A DNA stretch of 60,204 nt, taken from the IMG/VR virus record IMGVR_UViG_3300032218_002331, positions 1 to 60,204 of that record. One strand, 5' to 3'. The DNA is from a virus (Duplodnaviria > Caudoviricetes). The translations under genes were made by a program, and so were the position numbers. Shown piece by piece: positions 36,135 through 45,304 of this stretch. The notes beneath the pieces are model-generated. The model did not search any database. It was not told the DNA's origin and was given only the letters and a program-made list of their open reading frames with translations. Positions within the stretch are counted from its first letter, which is position 1; every line of letters starts with the position of its first letter.

Positions 36135-36557
36135 TTACCCTCCGACGATGGCAAAAATTTTGTTGGCTAAAACACGTTCTTTAGAAAACGCTTCTACTTC
36201 CCAGGGGCGATCATAATATTCAGCTTTGACCTTTTTGCCTAACCAGTAGTTAAGTTTATGATTTTTTCCAGACTTGACTTGCCCGCGAGCAAACTGTTTT
36301 ACATGAACCATTTCATGTGCAAGTGTTACAACCATTCGTTCAAAGTCCAATCGACTGTCAACTAGCATCATAATGTACTTGGGGCCAACTTTGTTAACAA
36401 TACCCCTACACCCTTGAGTTTTTACTAGATCTTTTTCTGTGTAAATGTCTAAGGTGTATGTGCTGTTTTTAAGTTTGAGCTCTTGTTCAAAAAACTTAGC
36501 TGAGTTCTCAATAAGTGCCTTGGTGCCCTTACTTCTGGAATAGACATTGATCTCCAT
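36135..36557 (-). CDS. Putative metallopeptidase (HExxH)
   Basis: TLAHEMVHVKQ...PWEVEA. Confidence 0.8.
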   Translation of the reverse strand: MEINVYSRSKGTKALIENSAKFFEQELKLKNSTYTLDIYTEKDLVKTQGCRGIVNKVGPKYIMMLVDSRLDFERMVVTLAHEMVHVKQFARGQVKSGKNHKLNYWLGKKVKAEYYDRPWEVEAFSKERVLANKIFAIVGG

Positions 36558-36589
36558 GTTTCGCCCACTTTGTTTGTTACTATAAGTGT

Positions 36590-36618
36590 ATTTTACAGGA
36601 AAATGGTGTCGGTGTCAA
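36590..36618 (-). promoter_or_regulatory. sigma70-type early promoter
   Basis: TTGACA-17nt-TAAAAT. Confidence 0.7.
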
Positions 36619-37261
36619 CCTTTTGTAATCTTACATAGACCTTTTTGGCTAACTTTTTTATTACGGGATTTTGGATAGATCTAAACTGTCCAAAATATGC
36701 CGATAAGCAAGGACTAACATAACGATCATTAAACTTTAGCCTACTCAAACTTAATGGACGGCTCATGTACCGGAGTGCCCGATATTTGCCCAAACTTCGA
36801 CATAGTTCTATAGCAATGCTGATTGAGTAAGCATCTACTTCGTCAGGATCGGCTAGATACTCATCGTAGGGATTTTTATTTTGTATAGAATATATAATGT
36901 GTTTGCGCCTAGCACTTTGGTGCTGATGTTTATATTCGTGTACAATAGCATCAAATACTTGTATCAATAACTCGGTAACTTGCGACTGATCCCATTGCAG
37001 ACTTTTATCAAAGTTATGATGTACGATAACTTCTATAGGTATTTCATTATTCTGGTCGTCTTCGGCATCATAATATGCGTTAACATAAAACTCTTCAGAA
37101 AACATTTTTTTATCCCTGTCCGATTTAACCTTAATCATTAGGGAATGTTCTCGAAACTCTCTACGCAATAATGTTAACAAGTTCTGAAAACTTATGCCGC
37201 GTTTGCATTTATTTCTAACATTATTGCAAACACCGCATATAGTCTCCATTACACTATTCAT
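36593..37261 (-). CDS. Hypothetical zincin-like (HExxH) protein, probable paralog of 27272..28000
   Basis: VHEYKHQHQ...EYLADPDEVDAY. Confidence 0.65.
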   Translation of the reverse strand: MNSVMETICGVCNNVRNKCKRGISFQNLLTLLRREFREHSLMIKVKSDRDKKMFSEEFYVNAYYDAEDDQNNEIPIEVIVHHNFDKSLQWDQSQVTELLIQVFDAIVHEYKHQHQSARRKHIIYSIQNKNPYDEYLADPDEVDAYSISIAIELCRSLGKYRALRYMSRPLSLSRLKFNDRYVSPCLSAYFGQFRSIQNPVIKKLAKKVYVRLQKVDTDTIFL

Positions 37262-37263
37262 AG

Positions 37264-37482
37264 TTACAACCTATAAGTTACTCTGCCTTTGGTTAAATCA
37301 TATGGGCTAACTTCTAAGCGAACATTGTCACCTAGAATGATTCGTATTTTATGTTGTTTTAGTTTTCCGCCCATGTAACACAATAACGGCTTGGGCATAT
37401 TTTCTACCCGAACTCTAAACATATTACCGGGTAGTACTTCTTCAACTTCCCCGACCAACTCAATAATATCGTCTTTAGCCAT
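37264..37482 (-). CDS. infA: Translation initiation factor IF-1
   Basis: MAKDDIIE..G.V.EVLP..MFRV...IRIILGD.V..EVSPYDLTKGRVTYR. Confidence 0.96.
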   Translation of the reverse strand: MAKDDIIELVGEVEEVLPGNMFRVRVENMPKPLLCYMGGKLKQHKIRIILGDNVRLEVSPYDLTKGRVTYRL

Positions 37483-37652
37483 TATGGTTTATTGATGACG
37501 ATAGCACCGTCTTCTATTTTAATATTCAAAGTGTCTCCTTCTTTCCAACCTGTGTGTTCTAATACTTCAGGAGGAATCTTCATCATAACATTGTCTGGGT
37601 CTCCAGGAATGTCTTCAAAAATATCTTCTACGTTAAATGTTAGTTTTTCCAT
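37482..37652 (-). CDS. AbrB/MazE-like small DNA-binding protein (56 aa)
   Basis: Hand translation ...MMKIPPEVLEHTGWKEGDTLNIKIEDGAIVINKP; stop overlaps infA start. Confidence 0.7.
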   Translation of the reverse strand: MEKLTFNVEDIFEDIPGDPDNVMMKIPPEVLEHTGWKEGDTLNIKIEDGAIVINKP

Positions 37653-37664
37653 AATGTATTTACT

Positions 37665-38213
37665 TTATATGCGGTCGTCTTGCCAGGGTACTGGCCTCCA
37701 ACCTAATCGATTTAGATCAAGTTCAATTTCTTCTGTAACTGTGCCTTCTGGGACGAATCTTTTTCTTTTAAGATCGTGACCAGTTTCATAAACATCAGGT
37801 TCATCACCACCACTAATACCGCTACAGTACCAATCAATATAGTCGCCTTTTTCTTGCATGTCAGCAACTATACCGCCGGCATGCCTCCAACTGCACGACC
37901 AAGTTTCACCTTTCATCTCCTGCCAAAACTCTCTACTTTGCCAAGTCATGTTACACATAGCGGCATATAAGTTTTGAGCATAGCTATCGCTCGCTTTGAC
38001 TTTGTCGCATAGTTCTTTTGAACTACGGAGATCGTATTCCATGTTGTTCTTTTGCCAGGCAGGATCTACTAGATTAGCTTCGTCTTGCTCTTTGGCTGTT
38101 TTCCAAAACTCGAGATAATGTTCGGGCACTTCCTTGCCCTTTTCTTCAGCCCGCCGGATTGCACCTTCCTTTTGGAAGGTATGTCGTTCCGGACTTGATG
38201 CTACTTTTTTCAT
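37665..38213 (-). CDS. Conserved hypothetical phage protein
   Basis: YAQNLYAAMCN...WSCSWR..GG. Confidence 0.75.
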   Translation of the reverse strand: MKKVASSPERHTFQKEGAIRRAEEKGKEVPEHYLEFWKTAKEQDEANLVDPAWQKNNMEYDLRSSKELCDKVKASDSYAQNLYAAMCNMTWQSREFWQEMKGETWSCSWRHAGGIVADMQEKGDYIDWYCSGISGGDEPDVYETGHDLKRKRFVPEGTVTEEIELDLNRLGWRPVPWQDDRI

Positions 38214-38860
38214 TTTACAAGTGCCCTTGCTAAGTCAAAATTACATTCATAACTCCATGACAGTACACATCGAGTTTCTTGAGAAGAATGTCTAACTTGA
38301 TGATATTTTTTAACATTGATCAAATATGCATCACCGGGTTGGTATGTAATACTTTCAACCTTGTCTGAACTACTGTCAGGGAAAAAATCAGTTACAGTCT
38401 TATCAGTATTATACAAAAATGTGTTAACTGCTACATTCCTTGTACCTAAATCTATGTGGCGACCGGATGTATTATTGGTCATAATAATCTGAGGGCGAGT
38501 ACTGACTATTTGTAACTTTTTAGTCCAATCGTCAGGACCGCTATCGGAAAACGCATCCGGGAACATTTCCAAAAATAACGGACCACCGATAACAAACATA
38601 ACATCGCCTGTTTTATAGCTAAACGGTTGGCACCAAAAGTTTTTAGCAGTAGTCATCTTTTGTTTTTCGATCTTCCAATCCTTTGTTAAAAACACAGGCG
38701 GAAATCCCGATAACAATGATTCTTCAGATCGATGGGCGATAATATATTCTCGATACTCTTTATCTTCGTATAGCGGAATAATAGAAGTTTTCAAGTAGTC
38801 AACTAACGGTTGAAACTCTATTTTTGATTTTCCCAAATAATGATAAAATTCAGAACTCAT
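38210..38860 (-). CDS. Hypothetical cupin/2OG-oxygenase-like protein
   Basis: HID...YLINVKKYHQV...R.VLSW. Confidence 0.55.
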   Translation of the reverse strand: MSSEFYHYLGKSKIEFQPLVDYLKTSIIPLYEDKEYREYIIAHRSEESLLSGFPPVFLTKDWKIEKQKMTTAKNFWCQPFSYKTGDVMFVIGGPLFLEMFPDAFSDSGPDDWTKKLQIVSTRPQIIMTNNTSGRHIDLGTRNVAVNTFLYNTDKTVTDFFPDSSSDKVESITYQPGDAYLINVKKYHQVRHSSQETRCVLSWSYECNFDLARALVK

Positions 38861-39192
38861 TGCGGATGCCAATCTCCTTGAAAACAATGTCGAAGCTCGT
38901 GTCCGACTGAATGCATAGATGTATTTTTACCTGTAATAATAGTGCAAGTTTTTTCAGTCCAAAAGGCACACGCTTTAACCCTGTAGGCAAACCCGCCATT
39001 GCCAACTTTTTTACTTTCAATGTCACAAGACTTGGCAGGGTCGTCGGAGACTTTCCAAATAATATTCATTGATTGAGATGTATTTTTAGTTGCGTCAAAT
39101 AATGCACTAGGATTATCTTCGTATGCAATAGCATTAAATGAAAATCCCATCATTGCCAACAATAACAGTTTTGCCTTCATAGTTGCCTTCAT
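38857..39192 (-). CDS. Secreted hypothetical protein with HExxH
   Basis: Signal peptide; GHELRHCF. Confidence 0.7.
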   Translation of the reverse strand: MKATMKAKLLLLAMMGFSFNAIAYEDNPSALFDATKNTSQSMNIIWKVSDDPAKSCDIESKKVGNGGFAYRVKACAFWTEKTCTIITGKNTSMHSVGHELRHCFQGDWHPQ

Positions 39193-39204
39193 AGTTGCCT
39201 AAAA

Positions 39205-39314
39205 TGGTACAGACGGTAGGATTCGAACCTACAAAGGCACCCAATGGGCTAGCCCACGACCCTCCGTTGCCCGAAGGCATTGGAGGAGGTATACCAAGTT
39301 CCACTCACGTCTGC
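39205..39314 (-). tRNA. Atypical tRNA-like RNA (Leu-like body, no canonical anticodon loop)
   Basis: Acceptor GCAGACG/CGTCTGT-A-CCA; T-arm GTAGG-TTCGAAT-CCTAC; D-loop TGGTA; anticodon arm extended into TGCC-TTCG-GGCA; long variable arm. Confidence 0.7.
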
Positions 39315-39320
39315 ATTAGT

Positions 39321-39349
39321 AGTATATGCTATTTTCAAGATAGAGTCAA
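39321..39349 (-). promoter_or_regulatory. sigma70-type promoter for the tRNA-like RNA
   Basis: TTGACT-17nt-TATACT, 6 nt upstream of the RNA 5' end. Confidence 0.75.
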
Positions 39350-39350
39350 G

Positions 39351-40214
39351 TTAAAACTTTGCCAAAAAGTCCAATCCGCCAAACACATCACCGTCTATTA
39401 GCATTTGGAAAGGGTGTTTACCCCAAAAGTCATTTTGAATCCAGCAACGATTTTCAGCATCATAATCAAACCAAGGACTGTATCCTAGAACAAAATGTAT
39501 ACGATCAGTAGTGGTAGTGTCAGTTTGAAACACACAATGCGGCTGTCGGGTATTCCAAGTATAGGCATTACCAACTTCTAAATGGACCGGCTCTTTATTT
39601 TCAATCTGAAACATATACTCTGGGGATGTTATAATCGGAATATTGATACGCAGATTTAAGTATACTGGTTCATCTCTATGCCATGCAAACTTAGTCATAT
39701 CTGGTGTCCAGTCGCCGGCTTTCATTACAGCAAGTCTGCTACGAATAAGTGTGCGTTTAGCACGACCTTGAAGAAACTCTTTAATATATTTAAAATTTGT
39801 TAACTCTGTTGGTTGAGTAAAACTGTAAGTATCGAAATAAGTATTCTTAAGTATTTTTTCTGTAGTAGTTGCAGGATCATAAAAATCTTTAGCATCCATG
39901 CTAACTGTCCCTAGTGTACTTGATTTAGTATCTTTGTTGTCTTTATGATTGGGATTGGCGGCAAAACTTAAACCGCCATATCTTGTTATAGTAGACTCTT
40001 TAGTTTGCCATCCTGAAAAACCAAATGTATCTAATGCTTCTAACGAATCATTGGCCAGTCTAATAGGATCATAGTCTTTGATTTTGAATTCAAGACTAGT
40101 TGATCTAAACTCTCTACTGACCATGTACCATTTTTCATCACTTTTAGTTTTTTCAGTAATGTAGCTATCTATGGTTTTTGTGTCAGGAACTTCGTCAACA
40201 TAGATTTTAATCAT
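39351..40214 (-). CDS. Asp/Asn beta-hydroxylase-like 2OG-Fe(II) oxygenase
   Basis: WHRD, RINIPIIT, HLEVG..Y.WNT..PH, RIHFV. Confidence 0.75.
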   Translation of the reverse strand: MIKIYVDEVPDTKTIDSYITEKTKSDEKWYMVSREFRSTSLEFKIKDYDPIRLANDSLEALDTFGFSGWQTKESTITRYGGLSFAANPNHKDNKDTKSSTLGTVSMDAKDFYDPATTTEKILKNTYFDTYSFTQPTELTNFKYIKEFLQGRAKRTLIRSRLAVMKAGDWTPDMTKFAWHRDEPVYLNLRINIPIITSPEYMFQIENKEPVHLEVGNAYTWNTRQPHCVFQTDTTTTDRIHFVLGYSPWFDYDAENRCWIQNDFWGKHPFQMLIDGDVFGGLDFLAKF

Positions 40215-41018
40215 TTATACTTTTTGCCAGGTACTTTTACTCAATAGTTTGCCAATAAGACCTTCAATATCGAGTTCCCACCAGCGGTGTGTATTAAGCA
40301 ACTCACGAGGATTATGATGATGTGCATTATGCCAACCAAATCCAAATGTTAAATATCCTAAGAAAATATTATTTGTAGCATCATCTTTAGTATCAAATAC
40401 CTTGTATGATCCTGGAATATTCATATGAGTAAAGCTACTAACAGTATTCAATCTCATTTGTTCAATAAGCACTGGTAACAAATAAGCACTGGTTAGCAAA
40501 CTAAAACTGACTACGCCAGTAAGGTCAACTATTGCCCATACTATAATAATAGACCAAATCATTTTAACAAAGTGTCTGCTGATCCACATTAAGAATGGAT
40601 CTCTCATAATTTTTCTAGAGCAGTAGTTTTTAAGATCAACTGCTTTTACAGCTTCTTCTCGTAAGCGATACCAGAAAAAACTTTCCATAAATCCGTATTG
40701 TTTAGGACTTGATAAATCAGCAGGTGTATCAGCAGTCTTATGATGCTGTTGATGTATTCCGACCCAGAACAGTACAGGAGCATAAGATGCATAAGTTCCT
40801 AGCAATGCTAAAGCTATTTCAACAGGTCTCCATGTTTCAAACTGTCGGTGTGCAAAAAATCTGTGGAATCCTAGGCCGTTACCGATAGGGCCAATAAAAA
40901 ACCACACTCCAAATACTACCCACCAGTTAATACTGATGTAGCCCATTACTGCCGCCGCAATAGCAACAACTGTTATTAAATGTAAGGGGACCCAGATTTT
41001 ATAAAAATAAGAGTTCAT
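40215..41018 (-). CDS. Membrane fatty-acid (acyl-CoA delta9-type) desaturase
   Basis: His boxes HRFFAH, HQQHH, HNAHH; TM helices. Confidence 0.92.
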   Translation of the reverse strand: MNSYFYKIWVPLHLITVVAIAAAVMGYISINWWVVFGVWFFIGPIGNGLGFHRFFAHRQFETWRPVEIALALLGTYASYAPVLFWVGIHQQHHKTADTPADLSSPKQYGFMESFFWYRLREEAVKAVDLKNYCSRKIMRDPFLMWISRHFVKMIWSIIIVWAIVDLTGVVSFSLLTSAYLLPVLIEQMRLNTVSSFTHMNIPGSYKVFDTKDDATNNIFLGYLTFGFGWHNAHHHNPRELLNTHRWWELDIEGLIGKLLSKSTWQKV

Positions 41019-41791
41019 TTTTTCTCCATTAAGAAATGTTTTATAGCAAACTGTGGAGGATCCCACTCCCACCATTTTTGACCGTATCTCCAGTTTCCTG
41101 GTTGTGCGTGGTGATTGTTATGCCAACCTTCACCACAAGTAAAGATATTAGCAAATACACTGTTCTTTGCTGTGTCACGACCTAAGTCATAGTTTGTGTA
41201 ACCAAAATAGCTAGTATGGTAGTTTGAAAAATAACTGGCTGTAAGTCTAAACCATACACTACCTGGAACTAGAATATACCAAAATAGTTTCCAGCTTATA
41301 AGATATGCAATCGCACACACAACAAACAACACTTTATAATAATGCTTATCCATCCAGACTAAAAACTCATCACGCATCAAGTCTTTAGGAATCTTGATAT
41401 TAAGACGTTTGAAGGTACTTTCTAAGTTGTATTCCCAACCTACTACACTTTCCCAAAATCCCATAGTAGGCCCGTGTATATCTTTGCCTGGAATATCTGC
41501 ATGGCCGTGATGATGTCTGTGGAACATGGCAAAGCGCATAGGACTGTGGCTTACTTGAAAAACTTGTAAAAATATAATCAAGTTATGAACAAACTTATTT
41601 CTAGCCTTAAAGGCCTTATGTGCAACCATCCTGTGGTTCAAGCTAAAAAAGAAATGGTTGACCCACCCTGCAATAGGCATAGCGATTAACCATATTAGAT
41701 CATCGTTGAGCCACATTAGATAAAAACTTATTAGGCACAGCACATAAAATGATGTGACCATTAGCTCATAGGGTTTTAAGTATTTTTTCAT
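41015..41791 (-). CDS. Membrane fatty-acid desaturase
   Basis: HRMVAH, HRHHH, GEGWHNNHH. Confidence 0.92.
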   Translation of the reverse strand: MKKYLKPYELMVTSFYVLCLISFYLMWLNDDLIWLIAMPIAGWVNHFFFSLNHRMVAHKAFKARNKFVHNLIIFLQVFQVSHSPMRFAMFHRHHHGHADIPGKDIHGPTMGFWESVVGWEYNLESTFKRLNIKIPKDLMRDEFLVWMDKHYYKVLFVVCAIAYLISWKLFWYILVPGSVWFRLTASYFSNYHTSYFGYTNYDLGRDTAKNSVFANIFTCGEGWHNNHHAQPGNWRYGQKWWEWDPPQFAIKHFLMEKK

Positions 41792-42567
41792 TTATTAACC
41801 ATAAAAAAGTGTTTGATCATAAAAGCAGGCGGATCAACTTCCCACCATGTTTCTCCTTGCCACCAACGACCCGGATTAGCATGATGATTATTATGCCAAC
41901 CTTCTCCAAGAGCTAGGATACTGGCAAGCCAGTTATTATGGCTTAGATCTTTAACATCATATCTTCGATAACCTAGTTGCCATTTGCCCTGTAAATGAGG
42001 TAACACCCCGATGGCCGCCGCACCATGGAAACAACCAATGGCTGGCAATGCATATACAAATCCTGCTAGTTTAATATCGATTAATAACAGGACAGCTAGT
42101 ATTATAAAGTTAATAGCAAAGTAGTTATTGTGTACCCAACGCATAGCTGGGGTTTTTAAAAATGGAGTAACGAATCTTTTTGGAATAGCAGTAGGACTCC
42201 AAAATGCAAACCAAGTTTTAAGCACACCGTCTCGAGCAGGATTGTGCGGATCTTTTTCAGTGTCGCTAGTAGTATGGTGTAGTCTATGTACTGAACACCA
42301 CATAGCGGGACTACCTAGGCTGGTAAAGATACTTGAAATGAGCAATATCTTTTCTCTAAAGGGAGTTGTTTCAAACGCCTTGTGCGCATAGTATCTGTGT
42401 AGGGCTACATTAACTCCAACAACGCCTGTCCAAAAAAAGCAAACAAATCCCAACAAGAACCACCAATATTCACCTTGCGAGATTGCAAGGATCATAGCAG
42501 TGACAGCTACAATGTGATTAACCACATGTAACAATCTAAATTTTTGTATGTTGTTGAGTGAAAGCAT
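41788..42567 (-). CDS. Membrane fatty-acid desaturase
   Basis: HRYYAH, HRLHH, GEGWHNNHH. Confidence 0.93.
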   Translation of the reverse strand: MLSLNNIQKFRLLHVVNHIVAVTAMILAISQGEYWWFLLGFVCFFWTGVVGVNVALHRYYAHKAFETTPFREKILLISSIFTSLGSPAMWCSVHRLHHTTSDTEKDPHNPARDGVLKTWFAFWSPTAIPKRFVTPFLKTPAMRWVHNNYFAINFIILAVLLLIDIKLAGFVYALPAIGCFHGAAAIGVLPHLQGKWQLGYRRYDVKDLSHNNWLASILALGEGWHNNHHANPGRWWQGETWWEVDPPAFMIKHFFMVNK

Positions 42568-42620
42568 AACTATTAGTCTCTACTTGAAAATCGTTTAAAA
42601 ACCGTTCTATAACACTATTT

Positions 42621-43463
42621 ATGAATATAATACTGCCTGAAAACAGAAATGTGACTCCTGTGATTTTACCTTGTGTGTCGGTGCATCTTAATGACATAGA
42701 ACATATTGATATTAACACATCAGTGTCACAAAGTGAGTACAATGATGGAGTTGATGTAGTTAAGGAGTGGTACAAACCTTGGGTCGATCTTGATCAGTTT
42801 CCCTATGCATATTTTATGGGAGATGGCATTACAAAAGCAATTGATTTGACTAGATTAGAATACAGCGACAAGTCGTGGAGCATGCTAGCAGGGGACTACG
42901 AGTGGCCTTGTGCATTTGGTAAAATCAATAGAAAAAGAAGCATAGATCAACTAGCAGATCAAGTCAACTATCTTACACAGCCCTTTGCAGGTTCTGGAAA
43001 TATGTGGACTGCCGAACAGCTGAATCTAATACAGGGAACAGTTGTCTTGGACATGGCATACATTTCTACAACAAGTCCTCAATGTATTACATTACCCGAA
43101 ACGGTTGATAGAGTATTTTTAGGAGCATCAAAAACATTTGGAACTGCATTTTTAAGGCATGGCTGGCTTTTTAGTAAAAAAGAAATACCGTCATTGAGTC
43201 TTTTCATGCACCAGATCAAATACTTTTCTTTTTTTAATTTTAGAGCTGGTATATTGCTCTATTTAAAAGTAAGTACCAACAGTCAGTTAGAGCAAGGGTT
43301 TGATTTTTGCAATGAGATTATAAAAGAAAATCCCCAGTATATGCTATCTGGGGATAGTTGGCTTATTGCAAATACCGATGTAAATGTAGGAGCACATTTA
43401 AAACGCGGATCATCCTATCGTATTCCGCTAGGTCTTACTATTCAACAAATGCTTCTTAAGTGA
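42621..43463 (+). CDS. PLP-dependent transferase-like protein (fold type I, short)
   Basis: VVLDMAY (Asp contacting PLP), SKTFG (Schiff-base Lys), R.GW. Confidence 0.6.
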   Translation: MNIILPENRNVTPVILPCVSVHLNDIEHIDINTSVSQSEYNDGVDVVKEWYKPWVDLDQFPYAYFMGDGITKAIDLTRLEYSDKSWSMLAGDYEWPCAFGKINRKRSIDQLADQVNYLTQPFAGSGNMWTAEQLNLIQGTVVLDMAYISTTSPQCITLPETVDRVFLGASKTFGTAFLRHGWLFSKKEIPSLSLFMHQIKYFSFFNFRAGILLYLKVSTNSQLEQGFDFCNEIIKENPQYMLSGDSWLIANTDVNVGAHLKRGSSYRIPLGLTIQQMLLK

Positions 43464-44060
43464 TCCTGCCCTAACAATATAATCTGTATCAGTAGACGGC
43501 ATACGTCCAATCATACTCCATACCCATTCGATATCTGGTTTATGCCCACGAGGTATTTCACATAGTGTATACGGATCCCATCTATCATCGATAAACTTTG
43601 TTGATTTAATAGCCAACGCATTGTATCTGCTGTGTCTATCTTTTTCAATAATCCAATACCATTTAGTTTTGCCAATGCTTTCACAATAGTCATAAGCAGT
43701 TTTAAGCATCAAATACATTGCTCCGTTACGCACATTATTGACAGCAGGATCTCCCTTCATCCATGCAAAACAAAATCCGTCATTCCATATACCTGGAAGA
43801 TCTAATCTAACGCCAGTGTAAACTAACAACTTATCGTTATCGTCAAATACTCCCCACATAGGATGGTCAGTGTCTTTAGGGTTTAGATACAAGTTGTAAA
43901 TAGCATCAAACCATTTTTTATCAACTTTTTCTATTTTATCGAAATCTTTTTCTACTTCGATATTTCGTAGTTCTTTTCTTTTCCGGTCAGAAATAAAAGA
44001 ATCGTAATAAATCTTTTCAACTTGTTTAAAGTCGTTTACATCGAGTAATCGAACGTACAT
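43428..44060 (-). CDS. Hypothetical GNAT-fold-like protein
   Basis: MYVRLLDVND start and alpha/beta pattern; weak. Confidence 0.45.
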   Translation of the reverse strand: MYVRLLDVNDFKQVEKIYYDSFISDRKRKELRNIEVEKDFDKIEKVDKKWFDAIYNLYLNPKDTDHPMWGVFDDNDKLLVYTGVRLDLPGIWNDGFCFAWMKGDPAVNNVRNGAMYLMLKTAYDYCESIGKTKWYWIIEKDRHSRYNALAIKSTKFIDDRWDPYTLCEIPRGHKPDIEWVWSMIGRMPSTDTDYIVRAGSLKKHLLNSKT

Positions 44061-44061
44061 G

Positions 44062-44613
44062 TTAATCCTTTACTTTGCGTGAATACGGCCATTCGCTAAC
44101 AATCTCGTCATCTCCGTAGATGATAGCATATTGATAACAACGCGGCTTACTGCCTTTACATGTCCATATTCTGTGGCCGGTTGAAAAAATATATCCTCTC
44201 TTTTTAAAACCAGTGGCAATGGCTCGCAGTATTCCATCTTTGTTTTCTCTAGTCATAAAGGCCGCTCGAAAACCTGGTTGTTTTTTACACCACTCAAGTT
44301 GAGAGATAGTTGATGCATAAATGCCTTCATAAATGTGTTTGTTAAACTCTAATGTCCTGGGATTTTTCCAAGTCCGATTAAGAATCCTATAACAGCCCGG
44401 AGTCCACCAATCTTGTCTATAGATAGTTGAAAACATAGTAGGAACATTATTTTCGACATACATAGTAAGTTGCTCTTGTTTCTCTAATGGGAACTTTCTT
44501 AAAGAATAGTTATCCACCAAGGTATGGTCAGCGTCAAGTTCTCTTTGACGATGTTCATCAAAAATCTTAGCCAACGGATCCAAAGGAGAAAAAGTGTAAG
44601 CACCGTTTTCCAT
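44062..44613 (-). CDS. Hypothetical protein (possibly GNAT-like)
   Basis: RILNRTW...QLEWCK..G..AAFMTRE. Confidence 0.5.
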   Translation of the reverse strand: MENGAYTFSPLDPLAKIFDEHRQRELDADHTLVDNYSLRKFPLEKQEQLTMYVENNVPTMFSTIYRQDWWTPGCYRILNRTWKNPRTLEFNKHIYEGIYASTISQLEWCKKQPGFRAAFMTRENKDGILRAIATGFKKRGYIFSTGHRIWTCKGSKPRCYQYAIIYGDDEIVSEWPYSRKVKD

Positions 44614-44665
44614 AAAAACTTTTTACCTTGTTATTAAATATGTACATTACTTATACCTGATACTT

Positions 44666-45304
44666 ATGACCATTAAAATATTAACCACTGACGATTTGCC
44701 AATGTTAAAAACTCTTATAGGAACTGGACCGCAAAAGATTGGATTCAGCGACACCCAAATTACAAGCGATGAATATTTTAACTATTTGAATCTATGCCTT
44801 ACTCATCCGTTGCATAAAACCTATGCATACATAAATGAAGAAAATGAGTTAGTTAGCTACTTGACGTTATGTGATTTTCCAGGATTACCTTATTACGCTA
44901 ACATAAACTTTAAAGTCATTAAGAAGTTTAATACCTACAGACAAAATGACAACGGTATAAGACAGTTTCAAGAAGTGTACTTTAATAAAGAAAAAGAAAA
45001 TAGGTATGCATTTTTTAAAATGCGTGGCCTAAAAAGTATTCGAATGGAGGAAAAACTTACCAAAGGTATTGCAGAAGCAATGCCAGAGTTTTTTAATAGG
45101 TATCATAGGACCATTGAAGAATACATACCTGCGGGCCAAGCATCTAAGTACGAGCCATTCAATAAAATCTTGTTAAGAGGCCATAAGTTTAATAGCGACT
45201 GTGTTGTTTACAAATATACTTGTAAACAAGAGTTTAGAAACAATGTACCTGAAGAGATACAACAAGTTTCTTTACAACTTGAAAAGTTTATAAATCGTGA
45301 ATAA
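44666..45304 (+). CDS. Hypothetical GNAT-fold-like protein
   Basis: IKILTTDDL start; similar layout to 43428..44060 (EEYIPAG vs CEIPRG). Confidence 0.45.
   Translation: MTIKILTTDDLPMLKTLIGTGPQKIGFSDTQITSDEYFNYLNLCLTHPLHKTYAYINEENELVSYLTLCDFPGLPYYANINFKVIKKFNTYRQNDNGIRQFQEVYFNKEKENRYAFFKMRGLKSIRMEEKLTKGIAEAMPEFFNRYHRTIEEYIPAGQASKYEPFNKILLRGHKFNSDCVVYKYTCKQEFRNNVPEEIQQVSLQLEKFINRE

Noticed and set aside
39171-39200. TTGCCTTCATAG short tandem repeat as a possible att site next to the tRNA-like gene
   Set aside because: Only a local 12-bp duplication at a start codon; no second copy or integrase seen in the window
39195-39401. 68-aa plus-strand ORF
   Set aside because: Antisense to the tRNA-like gene; 'VGFEPT' is the typical translation of a reverse-complemented T-arm
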